A DNA stretch of 64,000 nt, taken from contig OY282374.1 of NCBI GenBank assembly GCA_958295815.1, positions 311,416-375,415 on the forward strand, written 5' to 3'. The DNA is from Candidatus Poribacteria bacterium (GTDB lineage: Bacteria > Poribacteria > WGA-4E > WGA-3G). Both the position numbers and the translations under genes were made by a program. Under the pieces are notes generated by a model. That model saw only the letters and a program-made list of their open reading frames with translations, made no database searches and was not told where the DNA came from. The first letter of the stretch is position 1; each line of letters opens with the position of its first letter. This document shows positions 46,417 through 55,626 of this stretch, one piece after another.

Positions 46417-47937
46417 CTACACTTCACTTTTGATGAAAATCAGAAATATTATTGTAAACAGAACCACATTGATTGTTAACAGTAGGAGTAAATCTGGTAA
46501 CGCTCGTTTTGTATTTGTTCCTATACTACTTCTTTCAAAAGAAAATTGGGGTAGTGTGTCCCAATCCACGACTGTCTCGTCTGAAGCAAACCACAGTCGA
46601 GACTTAAACGCCTCTCTATCGTATAAATAGGCAATAACTGTCCGTTGATATTGTCGAACTGCGTCGAAAAAATCTTGAAGCCCTTTCAAATCGGTACCTG
46701 TCCACGCCTGTGTCGCAGCATCGTACATTCCAACCGGCGAAAGTTTCAACAGTATTCTATCAATTAACGCCGGTTTCACGAAGATGTCCTCAAGCGTCTG
46801 CCTTCGAATTAACCATGTTTGGTCTGCTGTATCGATAATCTGACGCCAGAGGAAACCGTAATAATTTTGGGCATGTGGGACCCGCGGGAGGGATTCCTCA
46901 GTTAGCTTGCCGTTATAGTATAGGACGCTCCAATAGTAATAGGATAACGTCAATCGGTTCTCGCTAAATCCATCTCCTGCACCCCAACCATCGGGACTAT
47001 CTATGTCAAACATTGGATCTTCTCCGGGGACAGGGTCCGTGGCAAGGAAGTGTTTGCGTTCTCTATCGAATTCTTCCCATATTTGCTTAATTTGACCGAA
47101 AGCGGATGCTCCACGCTCCGCTGAGGTGTCTTGAGGAGCAGTCGTGGCAAGAACCACATTTGGATAGACCAGCACCAAAAACCCCCAAACAAAGATAGAT
47201 AGCATAAGCGCCGTGCTCGTTCTGCGAGTCACCGCCGAAATCAATAGCCCAATGAAATAAAACACCGACAGATAAGCAACGGAAGCAAGAATAATTCCAC
47301 CGACGCGGAGAAAATCGTCGGTTGTTAGGTAAATTGAAGTGGATGTTGTTAGCAAAATCAGTGCGAGAAGCAGACTCATCAGCAACGGCATAAGCAGGCA
47401 TAACATCGCGCTGATATATTTGGCAAGTAGAATATACCCGCGCTGGACAGGGTGCGTCAAAACAAGGCGTAGTGTGCCACCTTCATATTCTCCCGCAAGA
47501 GCATCATAGGCAAATATGAGTGCAAGTAGACTCAGGACAACCTCAAAGATAAACACAATATCAATTGAAGAAAAAATGTTAAGAAACGAATTATCCGAGC
47601 TATTCATTTGGGCATCCCACAATGACGGAACATGCCACGGAGACACATTAATTTCGTTGCCTAATCGGTTATCTAACCCAACATTGAATAGACTTAAAGG
47701 ATTAGGCGGTCTATCGACATACACTCTAACTATCGCGGGCGAATAGGTTTGTCTCTTACGTACATTTTGCTGATGCGTCTCGACGGAGGTGTTGTAATCC
47801 ACCAAACGTCGCTCGTAATCTTTGATGAGCACGGCGGTGGCAGCGACAACAAGCAAAAGTGTGATGAAGACTGCTGCCGCGAAGCGAAACGTCATAAGGT
47901 TGTCGAGTAATTCTCGGCGGATAAGTGTCATCAGCAT
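46417..47937 (-). CDS. ABC-2/NosY-like membrane protein, type B paralog (pair 3)
   Basis: MLMTLIRRELLDNLMTFRF; AGEYEGGTLRL; LSPVGMYDAATQAWTGTDL; ends KSEV. Confidence 0.75.
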   Translation of the reverse strand: MLMTLIRRELLDNLMTFRFAAAVFITLLLVVAATAVLIKDYERRLVDYNTSVETHQQNVRKRQTYSPAIVRVYVDRPPNPLSLFNVGLDNRLGNEINVSPWHVPSLWDAQMNSSDNSFLNIFSSIDIVFIFEVVLSLLALIFAYDALAGEYEGGTLRLVLTHPVQRGYILLAKYISAMLCLLMPLLMSLLLALILLTTSTSIYLTTDDFLRVGGIILASVAYLSVFYFIGLLISAVTRRTSTALMLSIFVWGFLVLVYPNVVLATTAPQDTSAERGASAFGQIKQIWEEFDRERKHFLATDPVPGEDPMFDIDSPDGWGAGDGFSENRLTLSYYYWSVLYYNGKLTEESLPRVPHAQNYYGFLWRQIIDTADQTWLIRRQTLEDIFVKPALIDRILLKLSPVGMYDAATQAWTGTDLKGLQDFFDAVRQYQRTVIAYLYDREAFKSRLWFASDETVVDWDTLPQFSFERSSIGTNTKRALPDLLLLLTINVVLFTIIFLIFIKSEV

Positions 47938-47943
47938 TTTGTA

Positions 47944-49347
47944 TTACACCTCCACACGTACAAACGCGAGATACGCGCCTGACAAGAGAACGGCGAGGAA
48001 CAGAATCAACAACAGTAAATCCACCGCAGCAGCGTTGAAATCACGACTGAGGCTGAGTGTATCCTCAAATGTTGGGATTGCTTCTGAGTTGATAGGCTTC
48101 TGAGACATACCCTCACGCACCCCGATGATATGGCGACTGTCTGGGTCTGCTCTATCCATATCTGTGACGAATTCCCGAAACTCGCGTGCGTAGACCTGCA
48201 CATTCTCCACAAATTGTTGATGCTGTTCAAACCCCGTTCCAGCAAAAGATTCAAAGAGATGTTGGATGAGTGCAGCTGGTGAGATGCGGGTAACGGAACG
48301 CGCCAGTTGAATTTGGGCGTGCTGCTGTGCTAAGTGTTCGTGGATCAAACGTTCCCCTCGCTCAGTACCTTTGGAGACATACTCTCCTCTCAACTCTATT
48401 CTTTTAGTGGGTACCCCACGCGTGTCTTGCAAACGAGCATTATATTCATCCCCGAGTTCAGCGTAAAGTTGTTCGTAGCGTTCCCAGTATTCCTCAGAAG
48501 TCATCGGGCTTGAAAATCCGCTTGCAGTGGAAGCGAGTGTACTCGGCATAAAAACCACGAAGGAAACCCACATCAACAGCAGTATTACGAGACTCGCTCC
48601 ACTTTGATGCACACGCGACGACACTAACAAACCTAATGCCAGAAACAGACATAAGTACAGGAGTGAAATAAAAAAAATGATGCCTAAACGGCTCCATGCA
48701 TCGGTGCCGACTTGGACGTCGCTTGACGTGGAAATCACTAACAGGTTCATCAACACCGCAAGCGTAAACGGGACGCTAATACTTACCAATGCCCCTAAAA
48801 ACTTGCCTATCAGTACGGTATGGCGCGAAACCGAGTTCGCCAGCGTCAAACGCAGTGTGCCTTGTTCGCGTTCGCCGGAAATCGAATCAAAGGTGAACAG
48901 GAGCGCGATGAGGCTCAAGACGTACCCTATCACAAATCCCCAATCTACTTTGATAGTGTTTGGACGAATGTTTTTTAAATTGGGCATCTGGTATCGATAT
49001 GACAAATACCAGAGGGTATTCAAGTCATTGGTAATCCGAGAGATAAGTATATAGATAGTATCTGGCAAAAAGACTTCGCCTCCATCCGCACAGAAATGTA
49101 GCGGAGAAGGCTTTTTGTGAAATTTTTCGGGACCCAATTGCGCAAGGTCATATAAATCTGTCCGGGATCTTAAGCGATTCAGCAGTTCTGTGCTGGCATC
49201 GTGATATTTCTGCATACGCGCAGGATGTTCCCGGAGATGCACGACAGCGTTGGTCAGCATCAAGCCGAAAAGCAGCACTGTTGCCAGAGCAAATCGGAGG
49301 CTATTCAGATTGTCGTAAATTTCGCGTTTTGCGATATGCCAAATCAT
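47944..49347 (-). CDS. ABC-2/NosY-like membrane protein, type A paralog (pair 4)
   Basis: MIWHIAKREIYDNLNSLRFAL; SGEREQGTLRL; ISPAALIQHLFESFAGTGFEQH; ends RVEV. Confidence 0.75.
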   Translation of the reverse strand: MIWHIAKREIYDNLNSLRFALATVLLFGLMLTNAVVHLREHPARMQKYHDASTELLNRLRSRTDLYDLAQLGPEKFHKKPSPLHFCADGGEVFLPDTIYILISRITNDLNTLWYLSYRYQMPNLKNIRPNTIKVDWGFVIGYVLSLIALLFTFDSISGEREQGTLRLTLANSVSRHTVLIGKFLGALVSISVPFTLAVLMNLLVISTSSDVQVGTDAWSRLGIIFFISLLYLCLFLALGLLVSSRVHQSGASLVILLLMWVSFVVFMPSTLASTASGFSSPMTSEEYWERYEQLYAELGDEYNARLQDTRGVPTKRIELRGEYVSKGTERGERLIHEHLAQQHAQIQLARSVTRISPAALIQHLFESFAGTGFEQHQQFVENVQVYAREFREFVTDMDRADPDSRHIIGVREGMSQKPINSEAIPTFEDTLSLSRDFNAAAVDLLLLILFLAVLLSGAYLAFVRVEV

Positions 49348-49493
49348 TTTTGGGTTCTCGGTTGTGGGTACGGCGACTGCGTCGCCTTTGGGTCGTCAGT
49401 TAAATCCTGTGTCGGTCGAAAAGGTTTTCAATGCCGCAAATCTCATAACTCATAACCCAAAGGGTTGCGTAGCAACCCGTACTTATAACTATT
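49348..49493. repeat. Type-2 intra-pair intergenic element
   Basis: GGCGACTGCGTCGCC at 49372-49386 and GGGTTGCGTAGCAACCC at 49462-49478. Confidence 0.8.
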
Positions 49494-50999
49494 CTACACT
49501 TCACTCTTGGTAAAGACCAGAAGTATCACCATAAAGAGAAGTAGGTTCATCATGAGTAACAAAAGCATGTCTGGTAACGCTCGCTCTGCATGTATGCGAA
49601 CATCGCTTCTCTGGAAAGAAAACTGAGGCAGACTATCCCAATCCACCGCTCCTTTGTCGGCAGAAAACCACTCTCGAGCCCTGAAAGCGTTTTTATCGTA
49701 GTAATAGTCAATCACAGTCCGTCGGTACTTTCGCGCCGCTTCAAAAAAATCTCTGAGTCCGTGCAGGTCTGTTCCTGCCCACGCTTGCGTTGCAGCGTCA
49801 TACATTCCAACCGGCGAGAACCTTAAAAGGATACGATCAACTATTGCTGGTTGAACGAAAATGGCTTCGAGTGCCGGTCTTTGAACAAGCCATGTTTGCT
49901 CTGCGGTGTCAACGCTCCGTGGTACGAGGAAGCGGTAATAATCTTGGGCGTGCGGCACCGAAGGTTCGGATTCCTCATTAAGCTCCTCAACGTGCGCGCC
50001 AGCACCGTAATGATAATAGAGCACCGATGAATCTTCGTAGAAGTATTCATAGGCGAAACCTGACTTTACCATACCAAAACTCGGATCTTCCCCTGGAACG
50101 GCGTCATTCGCAAGGAATTGCTTTCGCTCTCTGTCAAGTTCGTCCCAAATCTGTTTAATTTGGTCGAACGTGGAGACCATCCGCGCTTGAGAGGTATACG
50201 GTGGGGCAATCGCTGCAACGATTACATTCGGATACACCAACACCGAGAACCCCCAGACGAACATTGACAGCATCAGTGCCGTGCCGGTTCTGCGAGTTAC
50301 TGCTGAAATCAACATGCCTATGAAATAGAATACTGACAGATATGCGACTGAACTAAATATGATTCCACCGATACGCAGAAAATCACTAGTGCTCAAGGAA
50401 ATAGTGGTAGATGTTGTCAGCAAAATCAGTGCAAGGAGCAGACTCATCAGCAGCGGTACCAGTAAGCATATCATCGCGCTGATGTATTTCGCAAGCAGGA
50501 TTTGACCTCGGCTGACTGGATGCGTTAGGACTAGACGCAATGTGCCGCGCTCACGTTCTCCGGCGATGGCATCGTAGGCAAAAATCAGTGCCATTAGGCT
50601 CAGGACTACCTCAAAGATAAAGACAATATCTATCGAAGAGAAAAGGTTGAGAAGTGGATTCGTTGTCCCAAGCATCCGCGCATCCCACAGCGTTGGTACA
50701 TAACTGTGGTATATCCAAGTTTCGTCCCCCAACTGTTTATCCAATCCTACGTTGAAGATGCTTAATGGATTTGGTGGACGGGCAATTTCCAGTAATCCGC
50801 CCGAATAGGTTTTCCTTTCTCGCAATTGCTGCTGATGCGTTTTGAGAGCAGTGTTATAAGCTTCTAACCGTCGCTCGTAGTCCTTGATGAGCACAGCGGT
50901 GTTCGCAACGACAAGCAGCAATGTAATAAAAACGGCTGCAGCGAATCGAAACGTCATCAGATTGTCGAGTAATTCTCGACGAACGAGTGTTATTAACAT
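49494..50999 (-). CDS. ABC-2/NosY-like membrane protein, type B paralog (pair 4)
   Basis: MLITLVRRELLDNLMTFRF; AGERERGTLRL; FSPVGMYDAATQAWAGTDL; ends KSEV. Confidence 0.75.
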   Translation of the reverse strand: MLITLVRRELLDNLMTFRFAAAVFITLLLVVANTAVLIKDYERRLEAYNTALKTHQQQLRERKTYSGGLLEIARPPNPLSIFNVGLDKQLGDETWIYHSYVPTLWDARMLGTTNPLLNLFSSIDIVFIFEVVLSLMALIFAYDAIAGERERGTLRLVLTHPVSRGQILLAKYISAMICLLVPLLMSLLLALILLTTSTTISLSTSDFLRIGGIIFSSVAYLSVFYFIGMLISAVTRRTGTALMLSMFVWGFSVLVYPNVIVAAIAPPYTSQARMVSTFDQIKQIWDELDRERKQFLANDAVPGEDPSFGMVKSGFAYEYFYEDSSVLYYHYGAGAHVEELNEESEPSVPHAQDYYRFLVPRSVDTAEQTWLVQRPALEAIFVQPAIVDRILLRFSPVGMYDAATQAWAGTDLHGLRDFFEAARKYRRTVIDYYYDKNAFRAREWFSADKGAVDWDSLPQFSFQRSDVRIHAERALPDMLLLLMMNLLLFMVILLVFTKSEV

Positions 51000-51002
51000 C
51001 TG

Positions 51003-52412
51003 TTATACCTCTGCACGTACAAACGCAAGGTAGGCTCCTGAAAGAAGCACTATAACAAACAACGCCAATAGCAGTAACTCCATCGCTCTGGTATTGAAGT
51101 CCTTATTGAAGTCGAGTGTATCTTCAAATTTCGGAACAGTCTCCGGCAAGATCTTCTTCTTTGTCATACCCTCGCGAACCCCAATGATATGTAAACTCTC
51201 CGGATCCGATTTATCAGTGTCAGCGACAAATTCACGGAGTTGCCGAGCATAACGTTGCGTGTTCTCCACAAATTGCAAATGCCTCTCAAATCCTGTTCCT
51301 GCAAACGATTCAAGGAGATGTTGGAGAAGCGTAGCCGGGGACACGCGAGTGATCGCGCGGGCGTATTGAACCTGCGCAACCTTTTCGGTTAAGCCTTCAC
51401 GGTTTAAACGTTCTTCCGCTTCTGCGTCTTTGGTGAAGAATTCGCTCTTTGCTGTCAGCGTTTCTTTTTCCGTTCTGTTTGTCCAGAGCCATTTATCGTA
51501 TTTAGTCCAGAGTTCGTCTTGAATTTCGTTGTGGCGTTTCCAGCGTGGCTCGGATGATATTGATGGTGAGAATTCACTTGCGATTGAAGCAAGGGTACTT
51601 GGCATAAAAACAACAAAGGTGACCCAGACCAACAGGAGTATCACCAGACTTACTGCGCTCCGTTGCACGCGCGTAGATATTAACAAACCTAATGCCAGAA
51701 ACAGACACGTGTACAGGAACGCGGTAAAGAAGATGATACCTAAACGTCCCCACGCTTCGGTGTCGAGGTGAACAACACTTGAAGTGGAAATTAGCACAAG
51801 GTTCAGCAGCACCGCAAGCGTAAAGGGGATACTCACACTTATCAATGCTCCTAAAAACTTACCAATAAGGACGGTGTGCCGTGGAACTGAATTTGCAAGC
51901 ATCAATCGGAGTGTGCCACTCTCGCGTTCACTGGAGACGGCATCAAAAGTGAATAAGAGTGCGATCAGACTCAAGACATAACCGATGACAAATGCCCAGT
52001 CCGCCTTGGTAACATCCGGTCCAACGCGCTTCATATTTATATTGGCATCCGGATATTTCAATTTCCAAACCCCTCTTAGATTATCGGAGTACCCAAAAGG
52101 GCTACCGCCTTCAACGACGTCTGGTAAAAGATGTTCTCCGCCCTCTGCACAAAAATAAAGAGGTGACGGCTTTTTGTAGAGCATTCCGGGTCCCTGTTGT
52201 GCGAGCATATATAAACTGTCGTCGGTATGAGACGCTAAACCGTCCAGAGATTTGATGACGGCTTCGTTATACTTCTGTATTCGCTTTGGATGCTCTCGAA
52301 GATGGCTGACAGCATTAGTCAGCATCAACCCCAACAGCAAAACAGTCGTTAGTGCGAATCGAAGGCTATTGAGGTTATCGTAGAGTTCACGTTTTGTGAT
52401 GTGCCAAATCAT
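51003..52412 (-). CDS. ABC-2/NosY-like membrane protein, type A paralog (pair 5)
   Basis: MIWHITKRELYDNLNSLRFAL; SSERESGTLRL; VSPATLLQHLLESFAGTGFERH; ends RAEV. Confidence 0.75.
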   Translation of the reverse strand: MIWHITKRELYDNLNSLRFALTTVLLLGLMLTNAVSHLREHPKRIQKYNEAVIKSLDGLASHTDDSLYMLAQQGPGMLYKKPSPLYFCAEGGEHLLPDVVEGGSPFGYSDNLRGVWKLKYPDANINMKRVGPDVTKADWAFVIGYVLSLIALLFTFDAVSSERESGTLRLMLANSVPRHTVLIGKFLGALISVSIPFTLAVLLNLVLISTSSVVHLDTEAWGRLGIIFFTAFLYTCLFLALGLLISTRVQRSAVSLVILLLVWVTFVVFMPSTLASIASEFSPSISSEPRWKRHNEIQDELWTKYDKWLWTNRTEKETLTAKSEFFTKDAEAEERLNREGLTEKVAQVQYARAITRVSPATLLQHLLESFAGTGFERHLQFVENTQRYARQLREFVADTDKSDPESLHIIGVREGMTKKKILPETVPKFEDTLDFNKDFNTRAMELLLLALFVIVLLSGAYLAFVRAEV

Positions 52413-52557
52413 TTTTGGGTTCTCGGTTGTGGGTACGGCGACTGCGTCGCCTTTGGGTCATCAGTTAAATCCTGTGTCGGTGGAAAAGGTTGTCAATGCC
52501 GCAAATCTCATAACTCATAACCCAAGGGTTGCGTAGCAACCCGTACTTATAACTACT
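52413..52557. repeat. Type-2 intra-pair intergenic element
   Basis: GGCGACTGCGTCGCC at 52437-52451 and GGGTTGCGTAGCAACCC at 52526-52542. Confidence 0.8.
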
Positions 52558-54060
52558 CTACACTTCACTCTTAACGAAGACCAGAAATATTGCTGCGAAA
52601 AGGACGAGGTTAATCATCAATAATAGAAATAAATCCGGAAACGCGCGTTTTGCATTTATGCTTATATCACTTCTCTGGAAGGAGAACTGAGGTAGAATAT
52701 TCCAATCAACCCCTCTCTTGTCGCCGGTAAACCATTGTCGAGACTCGAACACCTTTTTGTCATGGAAAAAATCTACGATTGCTTGGTGGTAGCGTTGCCC
52801 CGCAGTGAAAAAATCTTGGAGTCCATTTAAGTCGGTGCCTGTCCAAGCTTCAGTTGCCGAATCATACAGACCTACAGGGGAGAACTTTAACAACATCCGT
52901 TCCATTTTTGCGGGTTGGACGTAGAGAGCCTCCAGCGCAGGTTTTCGGACGATCCATGTTCGGTCTGAGGTGTTGGTAATCTGTAAACCGAGAAAACGGT
53001 GATAATTCTGGGCGTGGGGCACCTGTGGTTCTGATTCCTCTAAAAGTTCTTCAAAGTGGAATCCGGAGTAGTTGTAATATAGTAATGATGGTGAATCATC
53101 TCTGCCACCCCAAAAACTGTAGCCTTTACCCCACAAACCGAAATCCCAATCATCTTCTGGTACTGGATCGTTGGCGAGAAACTGCATTCGCTCTCGATCA
53201 AATTCGTCCCATATCTGTTTGATTTGGTTGTGGGCAACGGTTTCTGTATCCGCTTGTGGAGCAGTTTCAATCGCCGTAAGAATCATATTTGGATACACCA
53301 AGACTAAGAAACCCCAGACGAACATAGAGAGCATAAGGGCTGTACTCGTCCGACGAATCGCCGCTGAAATCAGCATACCGATGAGATAGAATAACGACAG
53401 ATAAGCAAACGACGTAAAAATAACCCCACCAATACGGAGAAAATCATCGGTTCTCAGAAAAATAGAAGTAGAGGTCGTTAGCATAATCAACACCAGGAGG
53501 AAACACATCAGTAGCGGTATAAGTAAGCATGTCATCGCACTAATGTATTTCGCAAATAGAATCTGGCCGCGCGAAACCGAATGTGTCAAAACGAGTCGTA
53601 AAGTGCCGCGTTCACGTTCCCCCGCAAGTGCATCGTAGGCAAAAACGAGTGCCAATAGGCTGAGAACTCCTTCAAAGATAAAGACAATATCAATCGAGGA
53701 GAAGAGATTGAGGTATGTGTTATTTGTCCCGTGTTTACCTGCATCCCACAGTGATGGGATGTAAAGGTAATAAACGCCGAGTGTGTTCCCTAACCGTTTG
53801 TCCAAACCGAGGTTGAAAATGCTCAATGGATTCGGAGGACGATCAAGGATTAAATCTACCGATGAATATGTTTTTGTTTCCAGTAGCTCCTGTCGATGCT
53901 TTTCGACGGCAGTGTTGTAACTCGTCAACCGACGTTCGTAATCTCTGATGAGCACAAAGGTATTGGCAACCACAAGCAACAGCATAATAAAAACCGCTGC
54001 AGTAAAACGGAATGTCATCAGATTGTCAAGGAGTTCTCGACGAATGAGTGTTATTAGCAT
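52558..54060 (-). CDS. ABC-2/NosY-like membrane protein, type B paralog (pair 5)
   Basis: MLITLIRRELLDNLMTFRF; AGERERGTLRL; FSPVGLYDSATEAWTGTDL; ends KSEV. Confidence 0.75.
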   Translation of the reverse strand: MLITLIRRELLDNLMTFRFTAAVFIMLLLVVANTFVLIRDYERRLTSYNTAVEKHRQELLETKTYSSVDLILDRPPNPLSIFNLGLDKRLGNTLGVYYLYIPSLWDAGKHGTNNTYLNLFSSIDIVFIFEGVLSLLALVFAYDALAGERERGTLRLVLTHSVSRGQILFAKYISAMTCLLIPLLMCFLLVLIMLTTSTSIFLRTDDFLRIGGVIFTSFAYLSLFYLIGMLISAAIRRTSTALMLSMFVWGFLVLVYPNMILTAIETAPQADTETVAHNQIKQIWDEFDRERMQFLANDPVPEDDWDFGLWGKGYSFWGGRDDSPSLLYYNYSGFHFEELLEESEPQVPHAQNYHRFLGLQITNTSDRTWIVRKPALEALYVQPAKMERMLLKFSPVGLYDSATEAWTGTDLNGLQDFFTAGQRYHQAIVDFFHDKKVFESRQWFTGDKRGVDWNILPQFSFQRSDISINAKRAFPDLFLLLMINLVLFAAIFLVFVKSEV

Positions 54061-54063
54061 CTA

Positions 54064-55476
54064 TTATACCTCAACGCGCACAAACGCCAGATACGCGCCT
54101 GACAGAAGCACTAAGACAAATAACATTAGCAGTAACAATTCCATTGTAGCAGTATTGAAGTCCTTACTCAGATTAAGCGTATCTTCAAATTTCGGGATTG
54201 CCTCTCGGTTGACAGGCTCCTGCGACATACCAGTACGAACACCAAAGATGTGAAGGCTTTCTGGATCCGCGCTATCTGTATCAACAATAAATGTGCGAAA
54301 TTCTCGTACGTAAGCCCTTACATTTTCTAAGAATTGGAGATGTCTCTCAAACCCCGTTCCAGCGAAGGATTCAATAAGGTTCTGTACAATTGTAACAGGA
54401 GAGATACGGGTTATAGTGCGCGCTTGATGTACCTCAGCTATCCGCTGGTTTAAGCGTTCTTCGTGCAGCCTCTCCTGCTGTTCAGCATCTTTGGTGACGT
54501 ACGCACCATCAATTTGTATTCTCTTGATAGAACCCTCAGCCTCTTTATGGCGACGAGGCGAGTATTCGTCTCGTAGTTCACCATGAATTTTCCATGAACG
54601 TTCTGAGAAGTCAAATGTAGGACCTGATGGTGTAGATTTCCCCGCAATTGAAACGAGGGTACTCGGCATAAATACCACGAATACAACCCAAACCAATAGA
54701 AGTATTACGAGGCTCACCGCGCTCCGTTGCACACGTGCCGACACGAGTAGACCCAATGCAAGAAAAAGGCAGGTGTAAAGGACAGCAATAAGGAAGATTA
54801 TGCCTAAACGTCCCCACGCCTCCGCACCAAGGTGGACATCACTTGACGTAGAAATTACCAAAAGGTTCACCAGGACGGCGAGGATGAAGGGGATGTTAAC
54901 ACTTATCAACGCTCCTAAAAACTTACCAATTAGAACGGTGTGCCGCGGAATTGAGTTCGCCAAGGTCAGTCGGAGTGTGCCGTGTTCGCGTTCGCCGGAA
55001 ATCGAATCAAAAGTAAACAGGAGTGCAATGAGGCTTAAAACGTAGCCAATAACGAACCCCCAATCCACTTTGGTAACGTCTGGCCGAACATTATCCCGAT
55101 TAGGGGTGGCAGATGGGTATGTGAGTATCCAAAAACTTTTGAGTGTGTCGGTACTCCAGCGGTGGTGACCTGCCCATGCCCGATCTGACATAAACGCTTC
55201 GCCACCCTCTGCACAAAAACGGAGATCGGACGGTTTTTTGTGCAGATTGCCCGGTCCTTCCTGCGCAAGGTCATATAGACTGTTTGCCGCATGAGATGCT
55301 ATGTGATTCTGGTATTGGGAAACGCGGTCACGATATCGCTGCACCCGCTCTGGATGTTCCCGAAGATGTACAACAGCGTTCGTCAGCATCAACCCCAGCA
55401 ACAATACCGTTGCAAGCGCGAAGCGTAGGCTACTTAGATTATCGTAAAGTTCTCGTTTTGCGATATGCCAAATCAT
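54064..55476 (-). CDS. ABC-2/NosY-like membrane protein, type A paralog (pair 6)
   Basis: Start set at the conserved MIWHIAKRELYDNLSSLRFAL (ATG 55476). SGEREHGTLRL; ISPVTIVQNLIESFAGTGFERH; ends RVEV. Confidence 0.75.
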   Translation of the reverse strand: MIWHIAKRELYDNLSSLRFALATVLLLGLMLTNAVVHLREHPERVQRYRDRVSQYQNHIASHAANSLYDLAQEGPGNLHKKPSDLRFCAEGGEAFMSDRAWAGHHRWSTDTLKSFWILTYPSATPNRDNVRPDVTKVDWGFVIGYVLSLIALLFTFDSISGEREHGTLRLTLANSIPRHTVLIGKFLGALISVNIPFILAVLVNLLVISTSSDVHLGAEAWGRLGIIFLIAVLYTCLFLALGLLVSARVQRSAVSLVILLLVWVVFVVFMPSTLVSIAGKSTPSGPTFDFSERSWKIHGELRDEYSPRRHKEAEGSIKRIQIDGAYVTKDAEQQERLHEERLNQRIAEVHQARTITRISPVTIVQNLIESFAGTGFERHLQFLENVRAYVREFRTFIVDTDSADPESLHIFGVRTGMSQEPVNREAIPKFEDTLNLSKDFNTATMELLLLMLFVLVLLSGAYLAFVRVEV

Positions 55477-55526
55477 TTTTTTATGGCTTTCAGCTGTCAG
55501 CAATCAGCCTTCAGCAAAGAGCCTCC

Positions 55527-55597
55527 ACTCTTTGTAGGAGGGGTTTGTAACCCCGATTCTTTACTCTTTGTGGGAGGGGTTTGTAACCCCGATTCTT
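55527..55597. repeat. Two REP copies (GGGGTTTGTAACCCC core) occupying the pair-6 intergenic region
   Basis: CTCTTTGTAGGAGGGGTTTGTAACCCCGATTCTTT followed by CTCTTTGTGGGAGGGGTTTGTAACCCCGATTCTT. Same family as 35061-35126 and 35800-35950. Confidence 0.8.
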
Positions 55598-55626
55598 ACG
55601 TAGCGACCTGACGGCTGACCGCCACT

